A DNA stretch of 54,669 nucleotides from Octopus bimaculoides. Its lineage: Eukaryota. The number at the start of each line of letters is the position of its first letter. The stretch's first letter is position 1. The stretch covers positions 33,052,468 to 33,107,136 of the forward strand of contig NC_068985.1 in NCBI RefSeq assembly GCF_001194135.2. The letters are read 5' to 3'. Below, piece by piece: positions 1-11,797 of the stretch. The translations under genes were made by a program, and so were the position numbers. Under the pieces are notes generated by a model. It was not told the DNA's origin. It searched no databases and was given only the letters and a program-made list of their open reading frames with translations.

Positions 1-394
1 TATATATATATATATATATATATGCCTCTCCTTTTTCCTGTTATTTTGATTGCTACTCTAAATTTATGAAGCAATTACTAAATAAACAAACTGAACAATG
101 CTTAAAAAATGAAAAAAAATCATTGCTGCCTCAGCTAACCTTAACAATTCATATATATGTTATGTTCATAATTTATTTACTCACATGGTGTTTCCTTTTC
201 CTTTTGGTGAAAGGCAAAGGTTTCTATTATATTTCTTCATTTAAAGTTATTTCTGTATTTCTCATTCTTTGTCTATCAATTTGTTTTTATTTTTGTTTCC
301 TTTTCATACACCACCCCCATTTTGTTTATTTCTATTAGCTTTTCAAAATATTCTTTTTTAGCAAACATTAAATATATAACATTTTCCTTGTGAT

Positions 395-680
395 TTATAA
401 TTTTTTTTTTCCATTATTATACTATCATGATCAAGGATCACAATCATCATTGCCACCACTGTCATTATCAGCATCATCACTATCATTGTCAGCACTATTG
501 CCATCAACATCCCACCACCAATATCAACATTTTCACTATCCAGTCATCACCATCCCCACCACCCAGCACTGTTATCAGCATCATTATCATTGTCCATTGT
601 CATCATCATCAGTATCCTCACCAGCATTATCATGCTCACTACTATCAACACTATCACTATCATCACCACCACTATAATCA
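395..680. repeat. Degenerate (CAT/CAC)n trinucleotide tract
   Basis: Source of the His-rich and Ser-rich pseudo-ORFs at 390-778. Confidence 0.85.
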
Positions 681-1170
681 CATGTTTTTGCTTCTATATT
701 AACAAATGTATGAGCCTGTCTAATAATATTTAATAACAAGTCCTTCTGGACATGAAGGGTTCCGTCTATGTAAACCAATGTAAATAAATGAATAAAATGT
801 TTTATTTACACACCCAAAGCATAAAATTCTTTTGGAATATATATCACTGAACAAATCCCTAGTTCTGTTTTTTTTTTGTTTTTTTTTGTTTTTTTTTAAT
901 ATCAAGGGGATAAAGAGAAAAAAACAAACAAATCTCTCTAGCTACTGGCCAGTTACCACATACCTTTCTTTATTCACCAAGTCATGTTAACCTCTTTTTT
1001 GTGAGAGCTTTTTTATTTTATTATCAAAGAAGAGCAATCTTTCTTTAGACTATTATACCTCATTTAGTAGCAACTTAGGTTATATCAATTACTAGGTTTA
1101 TGCATTAGCTAAGTTGAGCTGTTAGAAAAAGCAGTCAAATCTCCTTCAAATAAAACCCTATTATCTGTAT

Positions 1171-1219
<49 letters not shown>

Positions 1220-2654
1220 GGACACCTTGCATAATAGGACACTAAGTATACAGTTGCTGAACAAAAATGATGTAATTATTATGGATTGCTTTTGATCACA
1301 AGACTGTTCATTTGAGGCTGACCTGGGGCTGAACAACAGCAATAATAACAGCAATATTGTATGATGGATTGTGCAATGGAGTCCTGTTCTGTGGCTGGAT
1401 ATGCAAGTTAGTTTTTATTGCTTGAGTGGTTACCTTGTTTCAGAATCTGCTCAAGCAAAGTTGAAGAGATTACTAACCAATAACTGCTATTACTACAATT
1501 ACTGCTGCTACATTTCTAGTATTGTAATAAGACTAAATCAGTTGTATTTCATTGTTCAGTTACAGATTTGGCACTGAAGCAGTGAAGTTGCCATGATTGT
1601 TTGATTTAATTATGTAATGGCTCTCTATGTGTTCTAGCATCAATTAAATAAATAAGATTGTTATTTAGCAGCCCTTATGCTCCATTTGCAACTGTTATGT
1701 TAGTTAAACCATTGTCATTGAAGGAATGTAATCAGAGAAGTAATGTATGTAAAAAAGATGTCTATTAGTTCAGCACAGTCCTTTCTATCTATTCTTCTAA
1801 TAAACATAAAATCAGTTTTAAGTTCAAGATAATCATTATAAGGTTACTGTTAAGTAACCTCTCAATTTACTGTATTATCAGTGCTGATTGTCAAACAAAA
1901 TCACAAATTTGTTTTTAACAGCATAGTGTTGAAAAACATTTTACAAAATAATATTTCTATCGCAATTTTAGTACTGAATCAAAGAATTCAGTTCAGCAAA
2001 ATTTACTCATCTATCTGGCTACCTGTTTGTTTATGGGATCCTTTATTAACCCTTTTGATACCAACCTGGCTGAAACCACCTGAAACCATAAATTTTGAAT
2101 TAAAATCTCCCCACCAAACCTTAATCACAATTTATGTTCCTAACACTAGGTTAATGATAACTAAGTTATTTTACTAAATTCTATGTTATATTTAAAATTA
2201 ATTGAAAGAAATACAGAGCATCTCAAAATAAATATGGTAATAAAAGGGTTAATCAATATTGGCCTTAGTGGTACTAGGAATGTGTCGTCTTCCTCTGTTC
2301 CCTACCTCTCACAACTTGATATCATTGTCATCATCTTCATCATCATTATCAACCTTTTTATAACCACAGCCATCATCCATCACTATTCCAGATACAATGC
2401 AACTTTCCTCTAGGTTAATTCTTAGTTGCTAATAATGTCCCGTGCTTCATTTGCACCTAAAATACTGCTATAATTTTTTGTACATCATGAGCTGCAATCA
2501 TGATATTCAATTGCATATATTCTTAAATTTTCTCTTTTTATATACATAAGTATTTTCTGGAAGTTATTTGATTGTGAGAATTAGATTGTAAAATTTTGGT
2601 CATGTCCATTCTAACATTCTTTGTTCTGACCCCATTTTAGTTTCTACAGTAACT

Positions 2655-4425
2655 CAGAAGGTGCTTTTTATGTGCCACCGGCACAGGTGCTAGTTACATG
2701 ACACCAATATTGGCCACATTGCCTCTATGAGGCCCAATGTTCAAAAGGTGCTTTTTACATGATAGCAGCATTGGTGCCAGTTCCATGACACCGACAACAA
2801 CCCCAGCTATAATTTCACTTGACTTGACAGGTCTTCTCAAGCATGCCATATTGCCAAAGGTCTTGGTCACTAGTCATTGCCTCTGTCAGGCCCAACATTT
2901 GAAGATTGTGCTTCACCCCCTCGTCCCATGTCTTCCTGGGTCTCCCTCTTCCACAGCTTCCTTCCACTGGTAGAGATTGGCACCTCTTCACACAACTGTC
3001 CACATACATATGCATTACATGACCATACCAATGCATTTGTCTCTTTTGTACACCACATATGATTCCTCTTATGCTCAGCTTTTCTCTCAAGATGCTTACA
3101 CAGGTATCATACAATCTGCCTTTCACTCTGAGAGAGAGGCCCTTTGTTACCAACAGAGGTAGCAGCTCTCTGGACTTTGTCCAACCTATTCTTATTGTAA
3201 CAATTAAGCTCTTGGAGCATCCACCCCCGCTACTAACTTGGTCACCTAGGTAGTGGAAGCTATCGACTACTTCTAGTTTTCCTCCCTGGCATTTGATGGA
3301 GTCTATTTTCTGTACATTTTTGGTGTTTATTGTAACTGTGCATCTTCTACATGCAAAAGCTATTTTCTCTGTTAACCTTCCTCTGATATTGCCGCACCTC
3401 TTATGTATCCATAGCTTAAACTGGGTACATCTTACGGAATTTCTACCTACACCTTTCCTACAAATCGAGCAGGGCCATCTACCTGAGGGGATTTGTAATT
3501 TGTCTGCTTTCCTACTTACTATAACTTTGGTTTTTGCTAGGTTAACTCTAATTTTAGACCTTGCTTCCACACCTGAAACTGCTCTAGTTCTGGTAGTGAT
3601 TCAGCTATAAGAATAAGGTCATCAGCATAAAGGGGCTCTCAGGGGCAGCCTGTCTTGAACTCCTCTGTTATTGCCTGGAGGACTATAATGAACAAGAGGC
3701 AGCTGAGGACTGATCCTTGGTAAATCCCTACTTGTGCCCTGAACTCTTTGCCATACTCGTTGCCAACCCTCACCTTACTGGCAGTATCCCTGTATATGGC
3801 TTGTACAGCTCTCACCAACCACTCATCTATCCCTACCAGATAAGGGATCAGGGGACCCTGTCAAAGGCTTTCTCCATGTCAAGGAAAGCCAAGTACAGAG
3901 GTTTATTTTTGGCTATATATTTTTCTTGTAGCTGCCTTACCAGAAATATAGCATCAGTGATGCTTTCCCTGGCACAAAACCAAACTGCATCTCATCTAGA
4001 CTAACTCTCTCCCTGATTAGTTAGGCTATGACCCTCTCCATGATTTTCATCACCTGATCCAACAATTTGATATCTCTGTAATTATTTCTATCTGAGGTGT
4101 CACAATTTACCTTTGTAGCAGTTGACTATGGTGTTGCTACACCAGTCATTGGGTATGACCCCTTTGTGTACCACCTGGTTAACTGTACATGTGACTAGCC
4201 CATAACCTACACTGCCAGATATTTTAAGCATCTCAGTGGTGATTTCTGATGTGCCTGAGGCTTTCCCTGTCTTCATATCCTTAATTGCTTTATATACCAG
4301 GGTACTATTGATTCGGATAGTTGGTCCCTCAGTTGGGTTAACATTTGGCAGACTCTCCTTCTCCCATTCAGCATCATTCCACCACCATGTCACCCTTAGT
4401 TTAGATGGGACTTTTGTACTAATGC
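2655..4425 (-). mobile_element. Degenerate RTE-clade LINE (RT domain to 3' UTR)
   Basis: Minus-strand translation gives RT motifs (KTGKASG, NDW..TIVNCYKGK, QFGF, LDMEKAFDRV, YADDL, VDSFHYLG) and the RTE C-terminus (WYGHVMHM, GRGRPRKTW), with stops and frameshifts. Confidence 0.92.
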
Positions 4426-4504
4426 ATAGATATGTGTGTGTGTGTATGCATATATGTATGTCTGTTTATATGTGTGTGTGGATGGATGGATGCACACAGT
4501 TGGA

Positions 4505-4830
4505 AACGAGAAAGTCCTGTTGCATTTCAATATAGGAAAAATCATACACTTCTTTGGTCTTTATCATAATAAACAACACTCTTCATATCCCACCAACCGT
4601 GCAGCAGAACTTTTTTAGACATAATTCTGGTTTGGGAATGGGTTCTCCTTTTTCAATTGGGTGCTGGCCATTGCCGTTTTCATTGGATCTGGTTATAAAG
4701 AACTCACTTTTCATCACTTGTGATGATTTTTACTCAGGAAAGTGTCAGTAGCAAGTCTACTCTTTGGTGACAAGCAATGGGAAACTCTTAGATTATGCTG
4801 AAAAGCAGTTTGATGATGAGACTTACTGAC
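4505..4830 (-). mobile_element. Tc1/mariner transposase fragment
   Basis: Minus strand reads DTFLS/KIITSDEK*VLYN...KRQW...KKVLLHGWWDMKSVVYY, matching the mariner catalytic region (IITGDEKW...KKVLLCVWWD). Confidence 0.75.
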
Positions 4831-5674
4831 CAAGTTTAGACACTTTTCCTCGTACCTGAAGGTGAAAGCCGTCAGGGGTTGTGCCCTGGCAGCAAAGTCA
4901 CCACCAGTAAAAATTCAACCTTAGCCCAACCATGACGTACCTTGGTCTAGATTGCATATAGATTTTGCAGGACCACTAAATTATGTGTATTATCTAGTAG
5001 TTGTAGATAGTCACACAAAATGGTCAGAAATATGTAAATGCAGAAAGCCAACCTCTAAAGTAACAATAGAATTTTTAGATGAACTTTTTGCACAATTTGG
5101 TGTCCCAGACACTATAGTGTTTGATAATGGAACACAGTTCACAGCAAAGGAGTTTAAAAACTTTTGTAAAATGCATTCAATAGAGCATGTTACCACCCTG
5201 CCATACTATCTAAGATCTAACAGCCTAGCAGAATGTTTCATAGACACATTTAAGAGAGCTATGAGGAAAACTAGAAATAAATTATTACTGAATACTACAT
5301 TGACTCAATTCTTGCATGTTTACAGAATAACGCCTAACCCCAACACAGAGTCAGGTATGTCGTTGGCTGAACTAATGTTTGCCAGGATAGTCCGGTCAGT
5401 ATTTGGTAAAATACTACTGGGAAGAAAACAAAAAATACAGAGAAACACTGAAAATAAAATGAAGTATTTCAATATAGGTGGCAAAGTGTTTTGTTTTTAA
5501 ATATAAAAACAGCAAATAAAGTTGAAAAGAACAAAAAAATAACTAAACGTTTAGGAAGAGTAACATATATGGTAAAAGGGCATACATGGGAACATAAAAG
5601 ACATCTAAAGCAAATGAAAAAAAGATTTAGAGAAGAAAAAATAAGGCAGAGCCAATGGAAATTCTATATGACAT

Positions 5675-5918
5675 CATTTATATTGGACAGATATGCATCC
5701 TTATCTTGTTTGTTGTTACCACAACATTTCAGCTGATTTACTCTCCAGCCCTCATCAGGTATCCTGGTAGGGTTGAGTTCAAAATTCTACCAGGACACTT
5801 GATGAGGGCTGAAGAGTAAATCAGCTGAAATGTTATGCTAACAACAAACAAGATGAGGACACATATCCATCCAATGTAAATAATGTACAAAATTCCTCAT
5901 CTCTAAAATATAGAACAG
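5675..5918. mobile_element. Penelope-type fold-back (palindromic) insertion with hammerhead-like cores
   Basis: Inverted arms of about 100 nt (5671-5770 and 5787-5886). 13-bp direct repeat TTCTATATGACAT at 5662-5674 and 5919-5931. CTGATGA...GAAA motif in the arms. Family assignment is from recalled Penelope end structure. Confidence 0.6.
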
Positions 5919-6141
5919 TTCTATATGACATGTTTGATGTTCCAGTACTGCAAGAAATGGTTGAACCAGCGTGTACATCAACTAGAAAAAGAAAGCGGTT
6001 GAAAATGTTGAAAATTAAACCAAAAAGAAAAAAATATTCCAATTTCTACCCGAGGAAATAGAAAAAAGAAAAAGGGTGGGGAGAAAGGTGGTAATAAATA
6101 AGTTTTGACTCTCAGGGAAAGTCAAACTTAAAAGGGGGAGA

Positions 6142-6357
6142 TGTTGTGGTGGAATCTGAATGCACCCATGAAAGGATAAATGAACGATTCTGAAATGTAT
6201 AAATACGCATGCATGCTGGAGATGTCAGAGTAATGTCGTATGCGCAGCCATATATTATACAGAGAGTTGTAGAAGCTATTAAGAAGAGATATTGTTGGTT
6301 TACATGTTAGTGATTTGAACAGTTGGTGAATGAATATATAATGAGTCTGCAACTACA
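6142..6357 (+). repeat. Probable 3' LTR of the Gypsy remnant
   Basis: Starts TG directly after the PPT and ends ...CAACTACA. The end point is inferred; no 5' LTR is in the window. Confidence 0.55.
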
Positions 6358-6928
6358 TTAAAACACTGTAACACTTTTCAACACATTGTTTGGTTTAAAA
6401 GGTTGCATCAGATGCCATGATGGATCTAAGGTATAAGTACAAGAGGTGGTCGGACTCTGCATAAGGAGTAAAAACCACCATATGTATTTATATAAATACA
6501 TGTGTGTAAATAATAAATTGTCATATGCACAGTGAATAACAAGAATCAAAATGATGACAAACATATTCATTCTTAATATATTGTGGCAGATTTGAATGTG
6601 AATATGTTAGTCACTGTTGTGGTTGTCACAAGAGAACAAATATCTGTTTGTAACACACTCAATTAATTAATTAGCACATGAGATTCTGAGACACTGGTGT
6701 TTCAACATGTGTCTCATTAGCCAGAATCACCCTTGAGCCAATGAATCTAACAAGAATCAGTAGTCTTGTATAAACAAGGGAACAGCAAACTATTCACTGA
6801 TCCATGCCGATATCTGTCAACTGATAATAAATCATCATATGTATATAGTGCATGCATATATGTATATAGATATATTTGTATATGTGTGTATGTATATATA
6901 TATATGCATATGTATGTGTCTGTGTGCT

Positions 6929-6989
<61 letters not shown>

Positions 6990-8201
6990 TGCGTAGAGAA
7001 GTTGTGCAGCTAAATTATTTCAAGTGACTGTGTGGGCATTTCTATTTTCTGCTTATTTAGTCCTGTTAATACTTTTCCAGATTATATAGAATAAAATAAA
7101 ATGTTTGGCTGTTACTAAAAACTTCTTACATTCTCCCGGTAAAATAAGCACTCTTCAGCAATGATTCACATTCTGTAGCAATGTTTTCCAGCTGAATAAA
7201 TAATGGTGTTGGTGACAAATGAAATTTAGTATTTGCAAGTAGTTCTATTTGAAAAAAATGTAAATGATACAAAAGATAGATTTTTAAAACAAAGCTCTCT
7301 GTAATGACATCAAGAAGATTTCAATTTAAATCTTTCTTCCAGTTAGTCACTGTTTTCCATTTTCAGATACTAACACCATCATTATTGTTTTTTAATTGAA
7401 GACGAACATAGTTAATGTGATCTATCAGAGAATGGTCTAAGTTTTCTGGCTATCAGTATGCAACTTATAATTTCCATATATTTATATATTAATAACTGAT
7501 GTAATTCAGTCAAAGGATTGCTAAATAAAGTTCAGTAGTTTTTACAACATACTGTTTCAATCAGAGCAGTTCATCATCAGTGATAGAATCAGCAGGAAAT
7601 GGGATAATACATTGATAATAGAAAAAATAAACTCAACTAACCATTCTTAAACTCTTTTAAATTTGTACTAAAGAATATGAACAGGGTACAAGGACACCAT
7701 CATGCAAAATGCTGAATGATTTTTTTTTAATGAGAAAATGTATGAGATGAAATATTCCCATTATTAGTGTTGAGTTGTTGAGTTCTGTTTTTCATTGTCA
7801 TTTAAGTTGAAGTCAGTTATATTGTGGTATTGTCATCATAACCATCTTAAACATACATACATATACTGTTATTTTAATGATTTTATTTTCAGTAGTCTTA
7901 TATACTTCAAAGCATCATAAAACAAAAACAGTTCACCTATGACTTGGTCATTGACACTCCTCAACATACTGTTTCAGTTTTAAAACACAACCTCTAACAG
8001 AATCCCATGCAAAACAAGTGCAACTCCAAAATATAATTACTTTGTTAATTTCTGGAAAAGTCAACTTCACTTGGTTGTTTAAGATTTAAAAAAAGAAACA
8101 TTTAATATTGGAATTGCAGATATTTAGTTTGGAGTTTATAATGCAAATAAAATTTTATTGGTTATTTAATTCATCAATTTAATTTTTCTTTCCCATTACA
8201 G

Positions 8202-8360
8202 GTGAGGAAGTGACATGGACCTACTGGGCTCCTAAGGAGCCTAAAGGCATCACAGACTTCTTTGAAGATTGTGTTGTAATGCGGCGAAAGCAAAACTGGC
8301 GTTGGCATGATTATCATTGTGACATGGTCCTGTATCATTATAACTTCATCTGTCAATTTC
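8202..8360 (+). CDS. Internal coding exon: C-terminal half of a C-type lectin domain
   Basis: Pyrimidine tract and AG at 8200-8201, GTAAGT donor at 8361, 159 nt, phase 1-1. Open frame (G)EEVTWTYWAPKEPKGITDFFEDCVVMRRKQNWRWHDYHCDMVLYHYNFICQF fits the CTLD pattern W-x3-EP-x-C...W-x-D-x2-C...FIC. Confidence 0.92.
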
Positions 8361-9078
8361 GTAAGTAATATAGTTTTATTGACTTCAAATGTACTTCTCT
8401 TCAGAACATTCAGTTCATAGATTGGAGTAGAAGTCATAAAGTCACTGGTGTTTGAAATTTAATATTGTTTTTCTTCCAAATAGATTATTAGGTGTTAATT
8501 TTTGACCTGATAGCAATTCATTGAAACCTGTTACTTTAATTTACACTCATTGAGTACATTAACCTGAAATTGTGAATTTTGAATATTCCAGGAGCCTTCA
8601 AGTTGCTAACAGTCTTGATTCTGTAGTTAAATTCCTGTTGGTTATCATTAATATTATTCTTCAATCATTTTATTCAACATAGATTTAAAATCGAATCTCA
8701 CTGAAGTTAATTTAATCTTTCACTTCACTCAATTCAGTATAGTGTACTTCTGACCATATCCTTTCTCCAAGAATCCACCATAATAAACAATATCATCAAA
8801 GTAAAGAGTAAGCAATAATCAACTGGATAAATTATGGGATTCAATTTCCTACATAACACCATTATTGTAATGTATGAAACTTTTTTTGTGTTTTTCCATG
8901 CTAGTATGGATTAGATGAATATTTTATTGAGATATTGTTTTACAACTAGATACTCTTCTTGCTTTTTCAAATAAGGGATCTCTTACACTACATATTTTGG
9001 AAGGTACAAAGCCAGAGGATGACTTGTTGACAGGGAAAATGTCACTCATAGCTCAGTAATCTTTACAGCAGTACAAAT

Positions 9079-9462
9079 GTTGTTGGCACTCCGTCGCTTA
9101 CGACGTCAAGGGTTCTAGTTGATCCCATCAACGGAACAGCCTGCTCGTGAAATTAACGTGCAAGTGGTTGAGCACTCCACAGACACGTGTACCCTTAACG
9201 TAGTTCTCGGGGATATTCAGCGTGACACAGTGTGACAAGGCTGACCCTTTGAATTACAGGCACAACAGAAACAGGAAGTAAAAGTGAGAGAAAGTTGTGG
9301 TGGAAGAGTACACCAGGGTTCGCCACCATCCCCTGCCGGAGCCTCGTGGAGCTTTAGGTGCTTTTGCTCAATAAACACTCACAACGCCTGGTCTGGGAAT
9401 CGAAACCGCGATCCTATGACCTCGAGTCCGCTGCCCTAACCACTGGGCCATTGCGCCTCCAC
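9079..9462 (-). mobile_element. Full-length tRNA-derived SINE with 14-bp TSD
   Basis: Minus-strand head GTGGAGGCGCAATGGCCCAGTGGTTAGG...GGTTTCGATTCC contains A and B boxes. TSD ACAGCAGTACAAAT at 9065-9078 and 9463-9476. Confidence 0.92.
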
Positions 9463-9502
9463 ACAGCAGTACAAATATAATTAAACATACATACATGCAC
9501 AC

Positions 9503-9562
9503 ACATGCAGGCATGCACTCACATGCAGGCATGCACTCACATGCAGGCATGCACTCACGCGT

Positions 9563-9613
<51 letters not shown>
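9503..9613. repeat. 18-mer minisatellite (ACATGCAGGCATGCACTC x3) grading into (CA)n
   Basis: Read directly from the sequence. Confidence 0.9.
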
Positions 9614-9614
<1 letters not shown>

Positions 9615-10109
9615 GCATGCACAGTGTTTCGCTTTAATTTTAAATCCTATTGGGCTTGACTCTCATCCCTCTGGCTTCGATTAAATACTATATTGAAGTC
9701 AAGTATGTTGACTATATGACAAGCAAGTCATTTCTAGTGATGCTAGGATTTGTGTTCATGTGCATTTAGTATTTTGTTGTTGCTTAGCCTAAGTCAGCAA
9801 ACCCCAAATTTCCTCCTCAGGACATTCTCACCTTAGCCAAATTTTCTCCTCAAGATTTCCACCACTCATTATCTCTCTAAAAGTACACTTCAGCTTTTCC
9901 CTGAGCCACTTAACACCCATCTCTACCTCCTCTTAGTACTTGGAACCATTTCACTGTTATCAATCTTTCATTTTTAATACTGACCTCTCCACTCATATCT
10001 TGTATTAATCAGACTTCTGAGCCACTAAATTATTTTGCCTTCCTTCCTCCTTTCTGCCAATCATCTCTCTGTCTTCTATGTCCCCCTGTCTTCTATGTCA
10101 TTATTATCA

Positions 10110-10475
10110 TTACCTCTGCCTTCGCTAAGGCGGAGGCATTGTTTTCAGTTGTGTTTGTTTGTTTGTCCATGGACAAGATATCTCATGAACTGCTGGATGG
10201 ATTCAGATGAAATTTTCAGGGATGTTTGGCCTTGTAACTGGCACAAACTGATTAGATTTTGGGATCGATCAGGTACTGGACAAGGATTCTGGATTATTTT
10301 TCCAGTTTTTTTACTTAATTTTTGAGAGTAGTTGGGTTCGTTTTTAGTATTTTCATTTGAGAGAGCAGTTGAGTTAATTTCAAGTATTCTCATTTTAAAA
10401 GTCATCTCTGGCTAATCGTTGAGAGGATGTTGATGTTGCCTTGGTGGAGATTTGCGTTTTCTGAGTATTCTTGTT
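10110..10475 (+). mobile_element. Non-autonomous Helentron/HINE-like element
   Basis: 5' hairpin TACCTCTGCCTTCGCTAAGGCGGAGG, (GTTT)n tract, subterminal inverted GCCTTGGTGGAGA and 3' TTTGCGTTTTCTGAGTATTCTTGTT; inserted in a TTA-rich site. Confidence 0.7.
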
Positions 10476-10727
10476 ATTATTATCATTACTACTACTATTC
10501 TGCTGCTTTTCACCACCCCACCCCTTTTCTGCACCATTAGTCATCTCTTCTCTCCTACCTCTCCCTACTCTAGTATCATTGGTCACCCCTCAATTCTACC
10601 CAATTTCTACAGTTGTCAACTACTTTTCCTTCTTTCTTACCTTCCCTTCTTATTGACCCTCAACACTTATAATATTCACTCTTTCACCCATTCCCCAACT
10701 CCAACCATTTCTAAATCTGCCTTACAC

Positions 10728-11271
10728 TCTCCCTCTTTATTGTAGCCCTACTCAGTCAATAGGGTTCTTAATCTTGCAGCCTGTGCAGCAACCTCACTAT
10801 TGCTGCTGCTACAAAAGAAGCACTCAATACATGCTGTAAAGTAGTTGGCATTAGAAAAGGCATCCAGCCATAGAAACCATTCCAAGGCAGCATTTACCCA
10901 CCCACACATCCTATTCTCCTGTCCTTACTCACTTCTACTCAACTTGTGTCATGAGGTGTCAATCCTGGCCCTAACTCACCACAATTTTTACCTCTGGCTA
11001 CTTTCACCCTCTTCTTTGTTATGTGAGTAACTTTATAGCTTCCCTACTGCTAGAAATCTATTCTGTTCTGGCTCCTTCTCTCTCACTTTAACCTCTTATG
11101 CAATACCATCTCCCTCTTTATTGTAGCCCTACTCAGTCAATAGGGTTCTTAATCTTGCAGCCTGTGCAGCAACCTCACTATTGCTGCTGCTACAAAAGAA
11201 GCACTCAATACATGCTGTAAAGTAGTTGGCATTAGAAAAGGCATCCAGCCATAGAAACCATTCCAAGGCAG
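10728..11271 (+). repeat. Perfect 163-bp direct repeat (10728-10890 and 11109-11271) containing a degenerate RTE tail
   Basis: Base-by-base identical; separated by 218 bp of unrelated sequence. Confidence 0.92.
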
Positions 11272-11567
11272 ACATTGGACCTCAATGCAGTCTTTGGACT
11301 GATCAGATCTTGTTAAATTGTCTAAACCATGCTAATATGGAACATGGATGCTAGATGATGATGATATGAGAACACTGCAATGTGGCTGCTCAACCTGCAA
11401 AATATGGTGACCTAATTTTCCTCAAAAAATCACACTCTGTCAATAGAAAAAGAAGGCCGCATTGGATAATGTAATCCAATATGCACTATAACTGAGAAAA
11501 AGATGGCATGATGTTGTGTTTAAAGTTTAGTAGGAGACATGTTTTTGTTATCTACTTCATATAGTGT

Positions 11568-11797
11568 TATTTCTTTACTACCCACAAGGGGCTACACACA
11601 GAGGGGACAAACAAGGACAGACAAATGGATTAAGTCAATTATACCGACCCCAGTGCATAACTGGTACTTATTTAATCGACCCCAAAAGGATGAAAGGCAA
11701 AGTCGACCTCGGCGGAATTTGAACTCAGAACGTAGCGGCAGACGAAATACCGCTAAGCATTTCGCCCGGCGTGCTAATGTTTCTGCCAGCTCGCCAC
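11568..11797 (-). mobile_element. tRNA-derived SINE (second family) with TSD
   Basis: Minus strand GGTGGCGAGCTGGCAGAAAC...GAGTTCAAATTCC...GTCGACTTTGCCTTTCATCC. TSD CTA[C/T]TTCATATAGTGT at 11552-11567 and 11798-11813. Confidence 0.9.

Larger units (their letters stand above)
4860..6357 (+). mobile_element. Gypsy/Ty3 LTR retrotransposon 3' remnant (integrase, pol tail, PPT, 3' LTR)
   Basis: Reads RGCALAAKSPP...PWSRLHIDFAGP...LVVVDSHTKW...FGVPDTIVFDNGTQF...SNSLAECFIDTFK, an rve integrase core. Polypurine tract AAAAGGGGGAGA at 6130-6141 is followed by TGTTG. Confidence 0.88.

Noticed and set aside
390-778. His-rich and Ser-rich ORFs
   Set aside because: They are translations of a degenerate (CAT/CAC)n tract open in several frames, with no splice context.
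9390-9462. tRNA-like sequence with A and B boxes (also 11700-11797 and 27020-27095)
   Set aside because: These are SINE heads: continuous with SINE bodies and bounded by TSDs or tails, not tRNA genes.
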